Shown: positions 40,172 to 53,677 of the stretch, piece after piece | How the letters are laid out: every line of letters begins with the position of its first letter | How positions within the stretch are numbered: the first letter of the stretch is position 1 | Origin: Conger conger | Taxonomy: Eukaryota | Direction: 5' to 3' | Assembly (NCBI RefSeq): GCF_963514075.1 | Contig: NC_083761.1 | Coordinates: 49,797,777-49,861,776, forward strand | Length of the DNA: 64,000 nucleotides | The notes under the pieces: generated by a model | What the model was told of the DNA's origin: nothing | Database searches by the model: none | What the model saw: only the letters and a program-made list of their open reading frames with translations | Position numbers and translations under genes: made by a program

Positions 40172-41205
40172 TTAATTATGATTATCATGCTGCATATTTT
40201 TAAGACGTGAATGGGTACGCAAATGGTGATTTAGGTGGGTCCTCCTATTATAGGTTTTCCCACACAAGGAGCAACAATATGGTCTCTCTCCTGTGTGAGT
40301 TCTACAGTGAATCTTAAGGGTTCCTGATTCGATGAAGCCTTTCCCACAAACAGTACAGACATAAGGTTTCTCTCCAGTGTGAATTCGAACATGTACATTT
40401 AGATGTCCTATTTGTTTGAAAGATTTTCCACACTGAAGACAACTGTATGGTTTTTCTCCTGTGTGAATTCTTTGATGGACTTTAAAATGTCCTGCATGAT
40501 TAAAACATTTCCCACACTCTATGCAACAATACGGTTTCTCTCCTGTATGAATTCGCCTATGCAGTTTCAGCTGGCAAGCATGACTGAAAGACTTCCCACA
40601 TTCAGGACAGCCGTATGATCTTTGTCCGTCAAATGCTTCTTGCATTTCTTCAGCCTCCTGTGCTTCAGACTGTGATGCAGACCAGCTTTCTAACCCACTG
40701 CCATTGTTCATACTGTCTGAATTTAATTTACTGAAGGACTCTGAATCTGTGAGCTTTTCTGCCACAACGTAATCCACTCCATTAGGCTCTGCTTTAATCT
40801 TGCTAGATACCATATTAGGTACCGAGTCCACTTCTTCTGTGTTAACAACCTGAATCCTGAACAAATGGGAAGGGTTGATAGACTCTTGACCATAGTCATT
40901 TTTCACACTGGGAGCTGTGTATGTTGCACTTTCATGAGCTTCTGTGTATGTTGCACTTTCATGAGCTTCTGTGTTTAGTTCTGGTGTACAAGATTCCGAG
41001 CAATCTCGAGACTTTGTTATCCGGCTACACACTGGCTCCTCTTCTCTCTGTCTGATTCTGTGCCCCTCTGTGATCTCCTCTTTCTCTTCAGTGAGTGTGA
41101 GCTCTGTGTCCTGCCTGAGACTGGAGCTCCACTCCTGTTCACAGTGCTGCCGCTCTATGAGAGACCTTCCTCTCATAACAGGAAGAGCAGCAAGCTGTGC
41201 ATCAG
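40172..41205 (-). CDS. FiNZ-type C2H2 zinc-finger gene 2, large 3' coding exon: linker followed by 6 tandem C2H2 fingers; stop at 40172-40174
   Basis: 334-aa ORF. Acceptor 'ttctttctctccag|CTGATGCACAGC' (exon start 41205, phase 1). The fingers carry HTGEKPY links. The linker is homologous to gene 1. Confidence 0.7.
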
Positions 41206-42469
41206 CTGGAGAGAAAGAAAACTAGATTAATATAAGTACATGTTCATAGATAAAAATTTAGTTGATACTGTAATGCATTTGCATGTTTTGAACGGTTGAG
41301 ACAGACACAAACCCCAATTTCCACTCACAAATTTTTGGGTACCACCCGCCTTTCTTAAGAGCCAATATAACTAGAATGACAAATCCAATGAGGCTAACAT
41401 TTTGGATTTTCTTTATTGAATATATAAAGAACATTTACACAAAGTATGAGCAAAATTGGAACGGTCAACTCCCATACCTGATTAGACCCTGGAAGACAAT
41501 GTAAGTGTGAAAAATTCAATAGATTCTGCAACATGCGCTTGGATCAAGATTCACCTCCCTGTCAGTTGTGCAGATTTTTGAGAGCCCCTGTCAACAGTGT
41601 TGATACCCAGCACTCCTTCCCAGACATCCCTAGTCTCCCGGAACGTCCAGGAGTATCCCGGAAAGATTCTCACTCCTGGAGAGGATTCGCGTCGTACCGT
41701 TAAGCTATTTATTCCCTCCCTGAACTGAAATACAAGGCTACAAATTCTACTTGCACTCCGTCAGTTACATGCAGGCTCCAGTAGGCTTTTCGATCAGTGT
41801 ATTGGATTCCAAAAACACGGCCTGCACACAGTTCGTTCATGGCAATGGAGAAACCCACAGGTAAATCCACCACTAGTGTAAGTGAAAATATAGGCTACTC
41901 CAAAATATACTCCATGTTTGAAACCAGTTAAAGCCAAGCCGACGCTGGCACACTGCACTGTGTGTAACACAGACTTTTCGCCCAGCAGGGAAGGATGAAC
42001 GACTATAAAAGATATTGAGGTGTCACTCCACTGCTAGCTAAGAAATGTCATAGGTAATGCTATCTGTAACGGCCGCTAAAAATACTATTCTTCAAAGTTA
42101 CCACCGCAGTGGTAAAGAATATACCACCAAAGCTAAAACCCTGGTGAACTGAAGAGACAGACACAAACATGGAGGGAATCATTTGCCTCCAGTAATTAAT
42201 AAAACTGCACATTGCAAAATTAAGCAATCCTGCAGATACTGAATTTCGCTCAAACAGGCACATTTTTAAATGCTCTTGGTGACACTGAAAATATAATAAA
42301 CTCCATTATCTGTCCACTCGTTTCATACATGCAGTGTACAGTGCATAACCACTAACAAATAAATGTTTCCATAGTTTTCCCAAATGTCCTGTGAGGTTAA
42401 CCACCTGTCCAATAAGCTGTATTAGTTGTTGTTTATGATCGTATTCCTACGACTTATCTCGTCTTATGG

Positions 42470-42550
42470 GTATACACTTTGCACTTTGTTGTACATCGCT
42501 CTGGGTAAGAGCGTCTGCCAAATGCCATTAATGTAATGTAATTCCACTGC
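42470..42550 (+). repeat. SINE family C tail fragment
   Basis: '...tgcactttgttgtacatcgctctgggtaagagcgtctgccaaatgccattaatgtaatgtaatt' aligns with 24540-24597. Confidence 0.7.
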
Positions 42551-43924
42551 CATGATAAATTATATAATTGTGCTGACATTATTAGAAAGCAAGTAAATCA
42601 AAGTCTTAGCATTAGCATACAGGGAAAACGATACTCAAAGTGCACACACAACAAAATGTGACTGACATTTTAGTAACCCAGATGCTAGGCACAGGTTGGA
42701 TATAGGCCTATTACTCATAGTTCTTAAATGTCCAGTGTCATTGTAAGGGTCAAGCAGCAGGGGTACGCAGAATTCAGCTGCCACATGAAAAGATTTGTGT
42801 ATTTTGTATAATCACATATTCAAGAGCTGCGGTCAATAGGGTTATACTAGTAATAGCAAGAGATAATAAGCATATTGGAGCAGTTTTTGTTTAATTGAGA
42901 TTGCAGTGATGGCGGCAGCAGTCCCCAGTTGGTTTGCTGCGTCCATGACACGTCTCTCCCAGAAACGCCCTCTGAATCTCCCTGAAATCAGTTTTGTCAA
43001 CTTGGGATGTCTGCCTTCCCGTTACAGTAACATCAATGACAGGCGCTCATCAAAGACTTAAACCTCGCAATGTACAACATATTTTGGAGAGCTACCATAC
43101 TCTCACGTTTTTTTTAATTATTTATTATTTGACCAGGAATAGGCTACCCCATTGATATTGAAATTTATTTTGCAAGGGGACCTGAAACACACTCATGTGA
43201 AACTTCAAGCACTGCGCATTTAATAAATTAACTTGAAAAATTATTTCCGATTTCTTCAGTTTTTCGTGATTATCAACGGCTTTATGACTGCTCCACCACT
43301 TCAGCAATCATTTCTCGTTAAAGTCCTAGCATTACTGGTAATGAAATAATACTAGTATTTGCCCCTTAAAACTCACCAGAAATTATAATTTCATAACTGT
43401 TCTTTCAAAACAAAAAAGATCCCCGACCCCTCTAGGGACAGTTGCCGGACATTTAAACCGCCCCAATATTCCAACTACAGTTAGGCCTAGCTACACCCTT
43501 GCCTAACCTGAAGTGTTTCAGGAAGTATCCATTAAGATAACTCGATTGTATGTTCAAAATAATATAATCGGAGTACATTGCTCAAAATAAGGACAATGAA
43601 TAAAGCCATCTTTTGCTCTTTTTTCCTTTTAACTTAACCTACCCTAATCTAGGTTTAGATAGTCTTAAAGGTCTAGGACTAGCTACTTTGGACAAGGATT
43701 ATAAACATTCATAAAATGTGAAAGTCGTGAAGGTTGACAGCATGAGTGTAAATATTAAATAAAGTAAGGATTCACTTTATAGGCTATTTAACTAGCTAAA
43801 TTAATGTATCAAAAAATCACGAAAATGTTGGAGGGGTACATAGCATAAATAAAACCACAGCTATCAAAACAATTAAGAAATACCGTGTAAATACGGAGGA
43901 TAACACAGACTACACAACACTCAC

Positions 43925-44114
43925 TTTCCCAAGTAGTTTCAGCTTCAAGTCCGACTTCACGGAGTTTCCATTTCAGACTCTCATTCTCTCTCTTTATACG
44001 GGTAGTTTCCTGTTGGTACTCAGACATCGTGTTTCCGATCACCTCCAGAATCTCCTGAACAGCCACCATTAAACGTTCGGTCATAAAGGCGTTTAAAATC
44101 TGTAATTTTGTCAT
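43925..44114 (-). CDS. FiNZ-type zinc-finger gene 2, first coding exon (FiNZ domain); translation MTKLQILNAFMTERLMVAVQEILEVIGNTMSEYQQETTRIKRENESLKWKLREVGLEAETTW(E)
   Basis: ATG at 44114. Donor 'GAAA|GTGAGTG'. Exon of 190 nt, phase 1 (identical length and phase to gene 1 exon 1). Matches the FiNZ consensus. Confidence 0.7.
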
Positions 44115-45454
44115 TTTGTCCAAATATAGGCTAGGTATATGAAACAGCTTGCTACATTGTGTGTGCTGAAGCGCATATCATTTCGCTAACAAGTTCGTTA
44201 TCTTGCTAAATTCGAGTGTATAAAAAATATATTTATCAAGCATACTAGCCGCCCTCCTGCTCACAGTAGCAGTATAATATTCTCCTTTTTCCAAAAAAGC
44301 GAATTCTGGTATTTTGTTCCTCACGTAATATAGCAGTACTAAATCGTATACCAAAGATTATTGTTACTCTCTGTCACAAGCTCTCCCTTCCAAGTGAAAG
44401 AGATTCATGTCCGGTGTCACTTAGGAACAACAAATTCAAAATAAAAGCATTTAGTGGAACAAAAAAAACATTTTAGGACATTTAATTTTTGTGCGTTCGC
44501 TGGCTCAATTTCCACGTTAGCATAATCTGTTAGCTCAGCATAAAGACTTGAAGCCTATCGGAGTCAGTAGCCTACCTCTTTCAAAGTGAAGAAATACACC
44601 TTACAGCAACTCCTAAGCTGCCTTATTTACACGAGGTTGCCTATCATGTGTATTTAAAATACACGTGCGTTCAAATTTAGTGACGTTGTTTTCCGACTTT
44701 ACCTATTAAAACTACCTTCAGAAGGTGCGCGGATCACTGCGCTCAACCAACAGAAGAGGATATATGTGTGTTCAGCGGTTATAGTTCCAACCGTCTAACT
44801 CAGAGGTTTTCCCCCGGACGTGCATTTCACTATTCTTGCCCGGTTCCTACGGGCCCGGTAAAAAGGTACAGGTTAGCCTTGAACCCTGATCTCCTGCATG
44901 AGAGAGAATCACCCTAAGCATAACACCAAATCTGCTGGGACTGGGCTGGAGAACAATAGTCAGGGTGAGGGAGGGAAGAAGGAAAAATGGAGGGGAGAAA
45001 GAGGAAAAAGGGGGAAGAAGAAAATTAGGAGAAAAAGGGGAAATGAAGAGGAAAAATAAAGATGGAATAAAAAAAAAAATTTTAATTGATGGATCGGATC
45101 ATACACAACTCATTGTCCTTTGTTATTTTATAGTTTATTATTTTTTATTTATGGCAAATTGATTCAAATTATAGAAATTATATATGAATATATAATACTG
45201 TATAATAATATAAAAATATGTTATAAATGATAACCATAATATGGAACTATAAACAAAAGTATTGCATGATCAGATCTTATTAAATGACACAAAGTATTGA
45301 TACAAAGGATTATTTTCGAAAGTGTTTGAAAATTTTTATATACGAAACACTTTCCTTAGACACGATCTCTGTGTTTGGGCAAGGTATTGTACTGTGTATT
45401 GTTATCCAGTTGTAGCCTATATATTCCAATTACCCCTGTTGCTGTTTGACATGG

Positions 45455-45705
45455 CTCAGGCAGTAAGAGCAGTCGTCTGGCAGTTGGAGGGTTGCCGGTT
45501 TGATCCTCCGCCCGGGCTGTGTCGAAGTGTCCCTGAGCAAGACACCTAACCCCCATTTGCTCTTGACGAGCTGGTCGGTGCCTTGCATGGCAGCCAATCG
45601 CCGTTGGTGTGTGAGTGTGTGTATGAATGGGTGAATGAGAAGCATCACTTGTACAGTGCTTTGGATAAAGGCGCTATATAAATGCAAACCATTTACCATT
45701 TGATA
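45455..45705 (+). repeat. tRNA-derived SINE (family B) copy
   Basis: 'ggctcaggcagtaagagcagtcgtctggcagttggagggttgccggtttgatcc...gtgaatgagaagcatcacttgtacagtgctttggataaaggcgctatataaatgcaaaccatttaccatt' aligns with 2676-2925. Confidence 0.8.
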
Positions 45706-45979
45706 TGCCGCAACAGCCCCATCGCTTGGCGGCCCGGGTAATTCAGGATATTAGAACAACATGCCTTCTCCCGCGACTGTAATTCCGAGTGTAATCAGAG
45801 CTCAATTGTATACGGAGATCCTACAGCCCCTCCTCCTACCCTTGGATCGGCGAGCCAATTATGCAGGTCCTTGTGAGCCGGCCAACCTCGGCTTTGCAGG
45901 GGCCTCGGTGTGCAACTATAATGAACTGATGCCTGCATCAAAGTCTGTTGCCTTAGGAGTCCAAGCCATCCACACGAGG

Positions 45980-47230
45980 AATCTGTGGTTAAAAAAATGA
46001 TCTGGTATGGGAGCCCTCCTGTCACCCTTCTCTTCCTCTCTCTCTTGCTAAATCTTCCTTCATTTACTTTAAGATTAACGGAGCTGCCTCTAACCCTCGC
46101 AAACAATTTTCAACCTTCTCCTCTCTTCTCAACCATTTGCTATTTGACCCCTCTGCTCCGAACAACTGCTGGCCCTCCCATCTCCCATCTTCCCTTCCTA
46201 TGTAAAGCTCTGGAATGTTCTATCTGTTCTCAACTGTCAATTATTTCCTCCAGAACAATCTCCACAATCCCAACCAGTCTGGCTTCAAGAGTGGCCACTC
46301 CACTGAAACCGCCCTACTCACGGTCACAGGATCTGCATTCCCATGGTTGACTTTCTACATCTACGATCACTCCATGTTACTTGGTGACTTGACTTATGGA
46401 CTGGTGTCCCGCAGGGCTCAGTTTTTGGTCTTGTCTTCTTCTCTCTGTACACCATATCTCTTGGTTCTGTTATGTCCTCCTATAGCTTTTCTTATCACCG
46501 TTATGCCAATGTCACCCAACTCTTTCTTTCCTTTCCTCTTGATACTCAGGTCACATTGCAGATTACTGCCTGCTTGGCTGATATCTTTGCATAGATCACC
46601 TCCCACTACTTGATGCTTAACCTTGACAAGACTGAGCTTCTCTACATCCCTGCTAAGTCCTCTCCTCCGACAATTGACCTCTCACTGACCGTCAAGGACT
46701 TTGTAGTATCCTCCTTCCGCAGAGCCAAGAATCTTTGGGTGACCCTTGATGTCACCCTTACTCCACATATATCCTCCACTCCAGGTGCTTGTCATCTCCC
46801 AACTGGATTATTGCAACTCCCTCCTGGCTGGTCTCCCATCTTATGCCATCAAGCCCCTCTAGCTGGTCCATAATGCTGCAGCCCACCTGACCACCAGTCA
46901 GCCCAGGTCAGCTCATGTCACCCCACTTCTTATCACCGTCCACTGGCTAACTATTGCTGCATGCATCCGCTTCAAGGCGCTTATGTTGGCATTCCAGTTG
47001 CTAAGGGGACTGCCCCACTATAAATCCAGATTTTATTTGCTAAATCACTACCAGCTCTGGTCACCTTATGATCCCTTGTGATCCACTCATTATGAGCACT
47101 AGGTGGTCGAGCTGCACGTTCACACCTGTTCTCTGTCCTCAGTGGTGGAATGACCTGTCTACCACTGTCATAACAGCAGAGTCTCCGACAGCCCTCCTGA
47201 TTCCCCTTCCCCCCTGCTGTATCCCTCTTA
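45980..47230 (+). mobile_element. Degraded non-LTR retrotransposon (L2/Rex-like LINE) 3' fragment: RT C-terminal region in several shifted frames
   Basis: ORFs contain …NPNQSGFKSGHSTETALLTV… and …LNLDKTELLYIP…LWVTLDVTLTPHIS…, which resemble L2-clade RT/C-terminal motifs. No intact ORF. Confidence 0.55.
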
Positions 47231-50200
47231 TATACCCTATATTTATATTTTAAAAAATAGTAAAAAAGAAAATAACATAAAAACTTTATGGATTTGATGC
47301 TTTTCGCCTGTTGAGGAACTTGGATTGGATTAAAAGTGTCTAATGACTAAAATGTAAATGTATATTCTTTATAATGGACAAAAAGCATTTTATTAATTTT
47401 CAATGAGTGGTTTTGTGAATGAAAAGATTCCCTCTTTCCCACTTGGAAATGATGCAGAAGTGAGATTCATGAGTCAAAACTGTTGATTTGTAGTAAAATA
47501 TATGAATATTTTATTATTTACAACAATGCACCATTTATGGATTTGGAGACACTAAGGGATTTTTAGTATTGCTTTGCAAAATAAGCACCTTTTTGCATTT
47601 TTTCCTACATACAGTAGGTTTTGTATTTGTAGCATGTTATTTATACCCAAATTGTAAAAAATAAACTAAATTAAGATAGGATTATTGAAAAGTGTCATCA
47701 TAAAAGCCATTTATCAAGTCTGGATGGCGGGTCAGTCACAGGGCGTTCCCACAGCTCGGGTTGCCTGCAGTTTCAGGTGGTTAGACAACTTCCCAGAAGC
47801 TTTCTAACCACCAACCTCAATTACTGGAGCTGTCTGAGTGCTGTAAATCTGGGGCACCGTGGCAGAGCTGTGGACCCACCTGGAGCTTCCAGTCAGTCGT
47901 GTTGGAGCCCTACAAAATTTAAAACTTGGTAAAAGCATATTCAAATTTTTTTGTAAGACGACTCCTATTTTATTTATTTTTTGTTTGTTTTAGGTCCCCT
48001 CCACACCCTACATGTGTTTACAGATGGCTTTGCAGATCTGAAGCTAAAATGATGCCAGTACAGTGCTGTACTGTATTGGCCTGTGCTCCAGGGCACAACA
48101 GCTATGCCTGGTCCCGCCTGCAAAAGCTTCTGATTTTGGTTTGAAACTATGACATGAGACCAGCATCCTGTCTTTACCTCAGTACGCTGTATTACCTCTT
48201 TCGGCTCCATCAAAGAAAACAGGCCCTTGTATCCTCTGACATAATTCAGTATAACTTGAGATAATTAATTAATCAGTTAAGTGCTCTTTCATACAATAAT
48301 GCGATCTCATATCCTCTATTTGGTTGAGTTTCAATTTTACCAGGATTGTGCTAGCCAGTAAAATGAGGTAAGGATCTTGTATTGGGGAGTAGGCTTGGAG
48401 ATTCATTAAAATTTACAAAATATATTGCTACCATGAAATCTCTTTCTTTGGCAGAAGTCTTTCTCCCTTGAGAGTTCCTTGCTCCTCCCCATCTCTCCAC
48501 TCTCTACTGCATTATGACAATAATTTCTCCCTTCCTTGTTTTCTATCCCCAGCCCCAGAGCCCATACTCCACGGTTCTTTTGCAGGCTGAACTGGGAGAT
48601 GTCCTGTGGTCTGAAGTCTGTGTCTGCATACAGCAAACATTTTCTGACATTTAACATATGCCAGGACAGATGTGTCTGCTACTGTCCAGAGCATAGGTAC
48701 AAAAATATCTACCCACAACCAATTCATCCCTTCCTCCCTTGCTCTTTCAACCACTCCTAATTATAAACATTCTCCACCTCCTTTACCCCATCTCTGTAGC
48801 CATTTTCCTTCAGCTTAAATGAAAGAATATTTAAATAATTCACATCCTTTAAAAATTTAAATAAAACAATTTTTCTCTCCTCACCGAGTAGTCATGCTTC
48901 TTCATTTCTGTTACTATGCCTCTCCCTGCCAACTGTTCCCTTAGCAACCAATACATTGGAGATGCACACACACACACACTGGAGATGCAGAACAGCCTGA
49001 ATTCTTCACGGCATGAATTCAACAAGGTACTTGAAACACACCTTAGGGATTTTAGTCCATGCTAACTTAACATGACACAGTTGCTGCAGATTTTTTTGAC
49101 CACATTCATGCTGTGAACCATGCTGTGAACCACCTCCAAAGGTGCTCTATTGGATTGAGATCTGGGGACTGTGCCGGTCATTGGAGTAAAGTGAAGTCAT
49201 TGCCTTGTTCGGGTGAAAGGCTTGGGATGATTTGGCACATTATCCTGCTGGAAGTATCCATTTGAAAAAATGGTAGACTGGGGCCATAAAGGGGTGCATG
49301 AGGTGAGCAACAATGTATGGTATGCCGTGGCAAATGATGCTCAACTGCTATATTAAAAGTATACTATGCATGATGATTTTTAGTCTTGCTCCAGGCCTGT
49401 GTTTACAATCAAAGTCTTCTCCTCCATCCTCAACCCCTGCCCTACTGACCTCTGTTTTTATATTTTATATCCATTTTTACATCTCCTTTTCTTGATGGCT
49501 GTCAAGGAAAAGCAATTCCCAGGTTGACTGGATTTTTGAATGAGCCCTGTGACCTTTCGCTTAACTGTACTTGTGCTTCTTCACTTCCGCCATTGCAGTA
49601 GCTAGCCAGCTACGAAAGCTCCGCTGAGACCTCTGCACCCCACAGACTCTGTAGCAACACCCACCACACCAAAAGAGTCACACCCAGAAACATCTCTAAC
49701 ACACCTTCAAATGAGAAATACAGGCAGAGGAGAATGGATTTGGCAAATGAGTACAAACATAGAGATTACCAGTGCATGACTGAGCATGGTTATTCTATAT
49801 TATTTTCATTTAAACATTCTACATAATAAGCCTGTCCGGGAGACTCAAGGCAGGATTGACCCATGGATTCATGCTGTTTATACCCATTTCTCACCCTACC
49901 ATCTGCCTGTAACAGCAGACATCTAGATTTGTTAGACCAGGTGACCTTTTCTGAATTCTCACAAATTCACAAATGTGCTGTACAGCCATTGCAAAGCTGC
50001 CAGATCATGAAAAGTTCTGTAAATCCTTCACTGCACACCTAAATTCAACACAGTCTGAGCCAATCAAAACCATACACTAAAACTGGAATAATATATATTT
50101 TAAAACCCAGAAGGTGAATTATCACTTTAAAATCTCACTGAAAATTGCAAAAGCAAGAATTGAGAGAGCAAGTGTTTTCAAGCATGTTATAGTTGCCCAA

Positions 50201-52091
50201 GGAGGAGTTACAAAGTACTAACTGACAGGGCTCCCAAACTTTTGCACAGGGCTTTTTCATTTTTTTATTATCAAGAAACTGGAAAAAATGTAATGTTTAA
50301 CTTTTGACCATTTAGAGGTTAGGTTTGTTTCTGTTCACTTAGTAATTGTTTTACAATTAATATCTATTTAATAAAATAAATCCCTTTTTGACCAGGGGTG
50401 CCCACATTTTTGCACACCACTGTAATTATTCAGCAATAAGTCATAATTTCCAATAAAACCAGTGTAAACATAAGTTAGCAAATGAACTCCAGTTTCACAT
50501 TGTTCCACCACAACAAACAGTGATAAGTTGTACTCATTTTATTGACAAGCTACACTACTTTCAGTTTACGAAATAACAAGCAAGTAAAAAGTAAGAGACA
50601 TAAAACTGCCTACCTAACAAGGGAACATCTTCTTACTGTAGTATCTTCCTGTGCCCCTGTTGGGGATGTAAACATATCCAGAGTATCAACACAGAATCCT
50701 TGATGAATAATAAGTACCCCATTTAAACAGATACTCACAATGTCTTTACTACAAGTCCAAACTCCAAACTTATAATAGTGTGTCATTTCCATTGGTTTAA
50801 TTTTTGCCTATGCACAATTAACAGTCAGATTCACAATTCGAAGTGTTAAACCTTAAAGTGATACACATAAAAAATTTAAATATTTTTTCCAGCAATATAT
50901 CAGAGAAAGCTGGTTATACATATCAGTATTTGTAGCCTGCCTCAAAAAACAGATCATTCACAGGAAGAGGAGTGAAATAGCGTCACATGCAGCAGTTTCT
51001 TAAGTGGGTCAGAGTGAAGAAGGTACTCATCTCCACCTCCTATTTTTTTTACATGCTAACTGAAAACAGCACCCATGTAATCGTCACAGTGTTTTTAAGA
51101 CAGAATCAGAACAATATTCAAAGAACTTGGCTATACTTGCACCTACCAGCCATTAGATGTCTGAGGTGCAGATATACATTTGGTAAGTGCACTGTAGTGC
51201 TGAGTAGCACTGTAACACTGCAGCATGTCAGTCAATTCATCTTTATAAATGGGCTCAACAATAAAACACTAGTGAGCATGTATTCTAAAACATAACTAAA
51301 TGTTGGAAACATACAGTATATTCAGAGTTCTGATAGAGATTGGTGTCTGCTGCACTCAGTATGTGTTGGTGTGTATACGCTATGCAGTTTTTTTGAACAC
51401 ATGCACAGCTCTGCAACTAGCCAGGTCTAGACCTTTAAATATTTTTGGTGAATACTTTTCATATCATGGCGAGTTCTTGTCATGTTAGTATAAGGGTTAG
51501 ATCAATTTAAATTGTTGAAATAATGTAGTAAAATGGAAATACCATACATTTCCATTTTGCTAAATAAAAGTACCACATTCTGAAGAAAGTCTCATTTAGT
51601 TTGATACAGGCATTCTGTTTATACAATCCCATTTTGAAACACACTCCCAATTTGACACAAGGTTGATATTGGAGTCTTGAGCTGATACAGGACAACATAT
51701 TTTCTTTTCAGATATTTAGCATTGGATAATGCAAAATTATATTATATTATGCAGGTCTTTGCTTGTCATCAGTTCCTTGTTCTATCCAATTTTCCATCAT
51801 GGCACATGGGGTCATATGTGAAGTCTCTAGTCCTGGACTGAGTACAACACAGCTTGGTGTCACCGAGGCTCTTCAGTCACGCTGATTCAACAGATGCCTT
51901 GATCTACATTAGTGTGAATTTCAGGTTCTCATTACCACCCCACTCCCCACCCAACAACAAAAACAAACAAAAAAAATAAATAGTTAGACTGCTTTTCTAC
52001 GGTGGCGGTCTGATCTTCTGGGTCACCAAATGCAAACATGATAGAGAGAAAAGTGACTTCTGAGAGATGGGTGATTACTGGAATGTTGTAA

Positions 52092-52379
52092 TCAGCACTT
52101 CCTTAAATCCTGGTCTGCGCTGAGGGAGATGATCAGGATTTCAGTTGAACTGAAACAGAGGGGAAAGCTGTATTTAATCATTTTTAATGTATAGCGCATG
52201 TAGAAAGTAAAACCCTGAAAGGTTTCATAAAACATCATGAATGGACACTCACGCCCCCAGCAGACCATGCAGACAATGATGATGACTCCTCCCACCAGTG
52301 AGACCACAGAAAGAAGCTTGGCCACCCGGCCCAGACGTCGCGCCCCATCCACATTACCCTGCTCCAGACTGTTCCTGGA
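52092..52379 (-). CDS. prrt2: prrt2-like (CD225/dispanin) terminal coding exon: [42 protein letters not shown]… (second TM helix). The conserved part ends near 52254. The true stop, or any further splice, is uncertain, and the ORF reads through to 52092.
   Basis: Acceptor 'cttcttctctcag|TCCAGG' (exon start 52379), phase 0. The peptide matches the PRRT2/TRARG1 C-terminal consensus SRNSLQQGD.DGA.RLGR.AKLLSI..L.GG. Confidence 0.6.
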   Translation of the reverse strand, partial: SRNSLEQGNVDGARRLGRVAKLLSVVSLVGGVIIIVCMVCWGRECPFMMFYETFQGFTFYMRYTLKMIKYSFPLCFSSTEILIISLSADQDLRKC

Positions 52380-52471
52380 CTGAGAGAAGAAGTGAGGTCA
52401 TGGCCCCCGTCTAGCACGAATGCAAATTACCTCTCTATGCCAACGTGCAGGAACAGAGCACCTCCACTCAC

Positions 52472-52770
52472 CATGACAGAGTAAGCAAATCCCACAATGT
52501 TGATGGGCCATGCAGGGCAGAAGCAGGCTAGGATGGCCAGGACCAGGTAGTCCCTGGGCTTGGCCCTATCCCCAGGGCTGCTCATAGCAATGCTGGGATG
52601 ATGAGACAGTGAAGGGCGTGGCGATGTGGTCACGTGACCAAGTAAGCCAGACCGACTGCCAGCCCTGACCCTTCCCTTGTGAGAATAGGATTTGGCATGA
52701 GGGCGGCGAGGATGGGAGGAGAGAGAGGAGGGTGAAGTGGCACTTGAAGGAGCAGCACAAATCCCATTGC
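52472..52770 (-). CDS. prrt2: prrt2-like coding exon: Pro/Ser-rich region followed by the CD225 motif …[30 protein letters not shown]
   Basis: Acceptor 'ctctttccag|GC', phase 1. Donor 'ATG|GTGAGTGG'. The dispanin signature PRDYL..A...CFCP.WP.NI.AF.YS.M is present. Exon of 299 nt. Confidence 0.7.
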
Positions 52771-52982
52771 CTGGAAAGAGAAAAAGAATGGAAATAGTAA
52801 ATGCTTAGAAAAATACATGCAGAACATCCTAGTCAAAATGGGCAAATAATTGATTGCAAGAAAATATATAAAGCAGTCTAAGTATTTGGACAGTGATACT
52901 ATTTTTGTTGTTTTGGTTGTGCACTTCAGCGCATTGGGTTTCAAAGTAAAGGTAATGTGAAATCAGACTGTCTGCTTTAGGA

Positions 52983-53590
52983 TATTTACACCCCCCCTCC
53001 CTCCATTTTAGGGGACCAAAAGTAATAGGACAAATAAATATAATCTTAAATAAATTTGTCCCAGAACTATACTTTTTCAAATGTAGTTTTTAGCAAACTC
53101 TAACCTGGCTGTTTTGATCCTGTTTGTTTGTTCTTCTGGGGTCTACCAGATTGTTTGCTACTCCTGAGATCACCAATACATTCCTGCTTCTTCACAACAC
53201 ACTACACAGTTAATTCTGACACACGCAATGTTTTGCCTTTGTCTCCGATTGATTTATTCTGATTCGTCCACCCCAAGATGGCCTGCTTTACTGGCACTGA
53301 TACTTCATTGGTGCTCATGTTGAGAGACAAAGCAAACTCAAAAGACCACTCCTAGAATCAACTCTAATTGAACTAATGATGCAACCGCACACAGCTGGCC
53401 AAGAAACAGCTGAGCAGCCAAGCTTTGCTTCCCAAAAATGGGGGGGGACTATGTACAATTCCTACATGCTTAATTAAAGCTGACATTCTGTACTTTATCC
53501 CCATATTCATTCATTTCAAACCCATTGTGCAGGAGTACAGAGCAAAAACAAAAATTGTCCCTGTCCAAATACTTATGGACTGCATTGCAT
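52983..53590. mobile_element. Tc1/mariner-like non-autonomous element in prrt2-like intron 1
   Basis: Termini '...gggaccaaaagtaatagg...' and '...ccctgtccaaatacttatggactgca' resemble Tc1 inverted repeats, as in 8950-9538. Confidence 0.4.
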
Positions 53591-53677
53591 ACTTTTAGAA
53601 ATTCAAAAAAAAAAAAAAAAAATGGCAACAAAGGGCAAGTGTTCATTAACAATATGATTAACTGAAACTATATTTAC

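Noticed and set aside
50229-50425. Two similar motifs ('cccaaacttttgcacaggg' and 'cccacatttttgcacacc') suggestive of transposon TIRs
   Set aside because: They are in direct, not inverted, orientation and lack other element features. Probably chance similarity or a decayed repeat.
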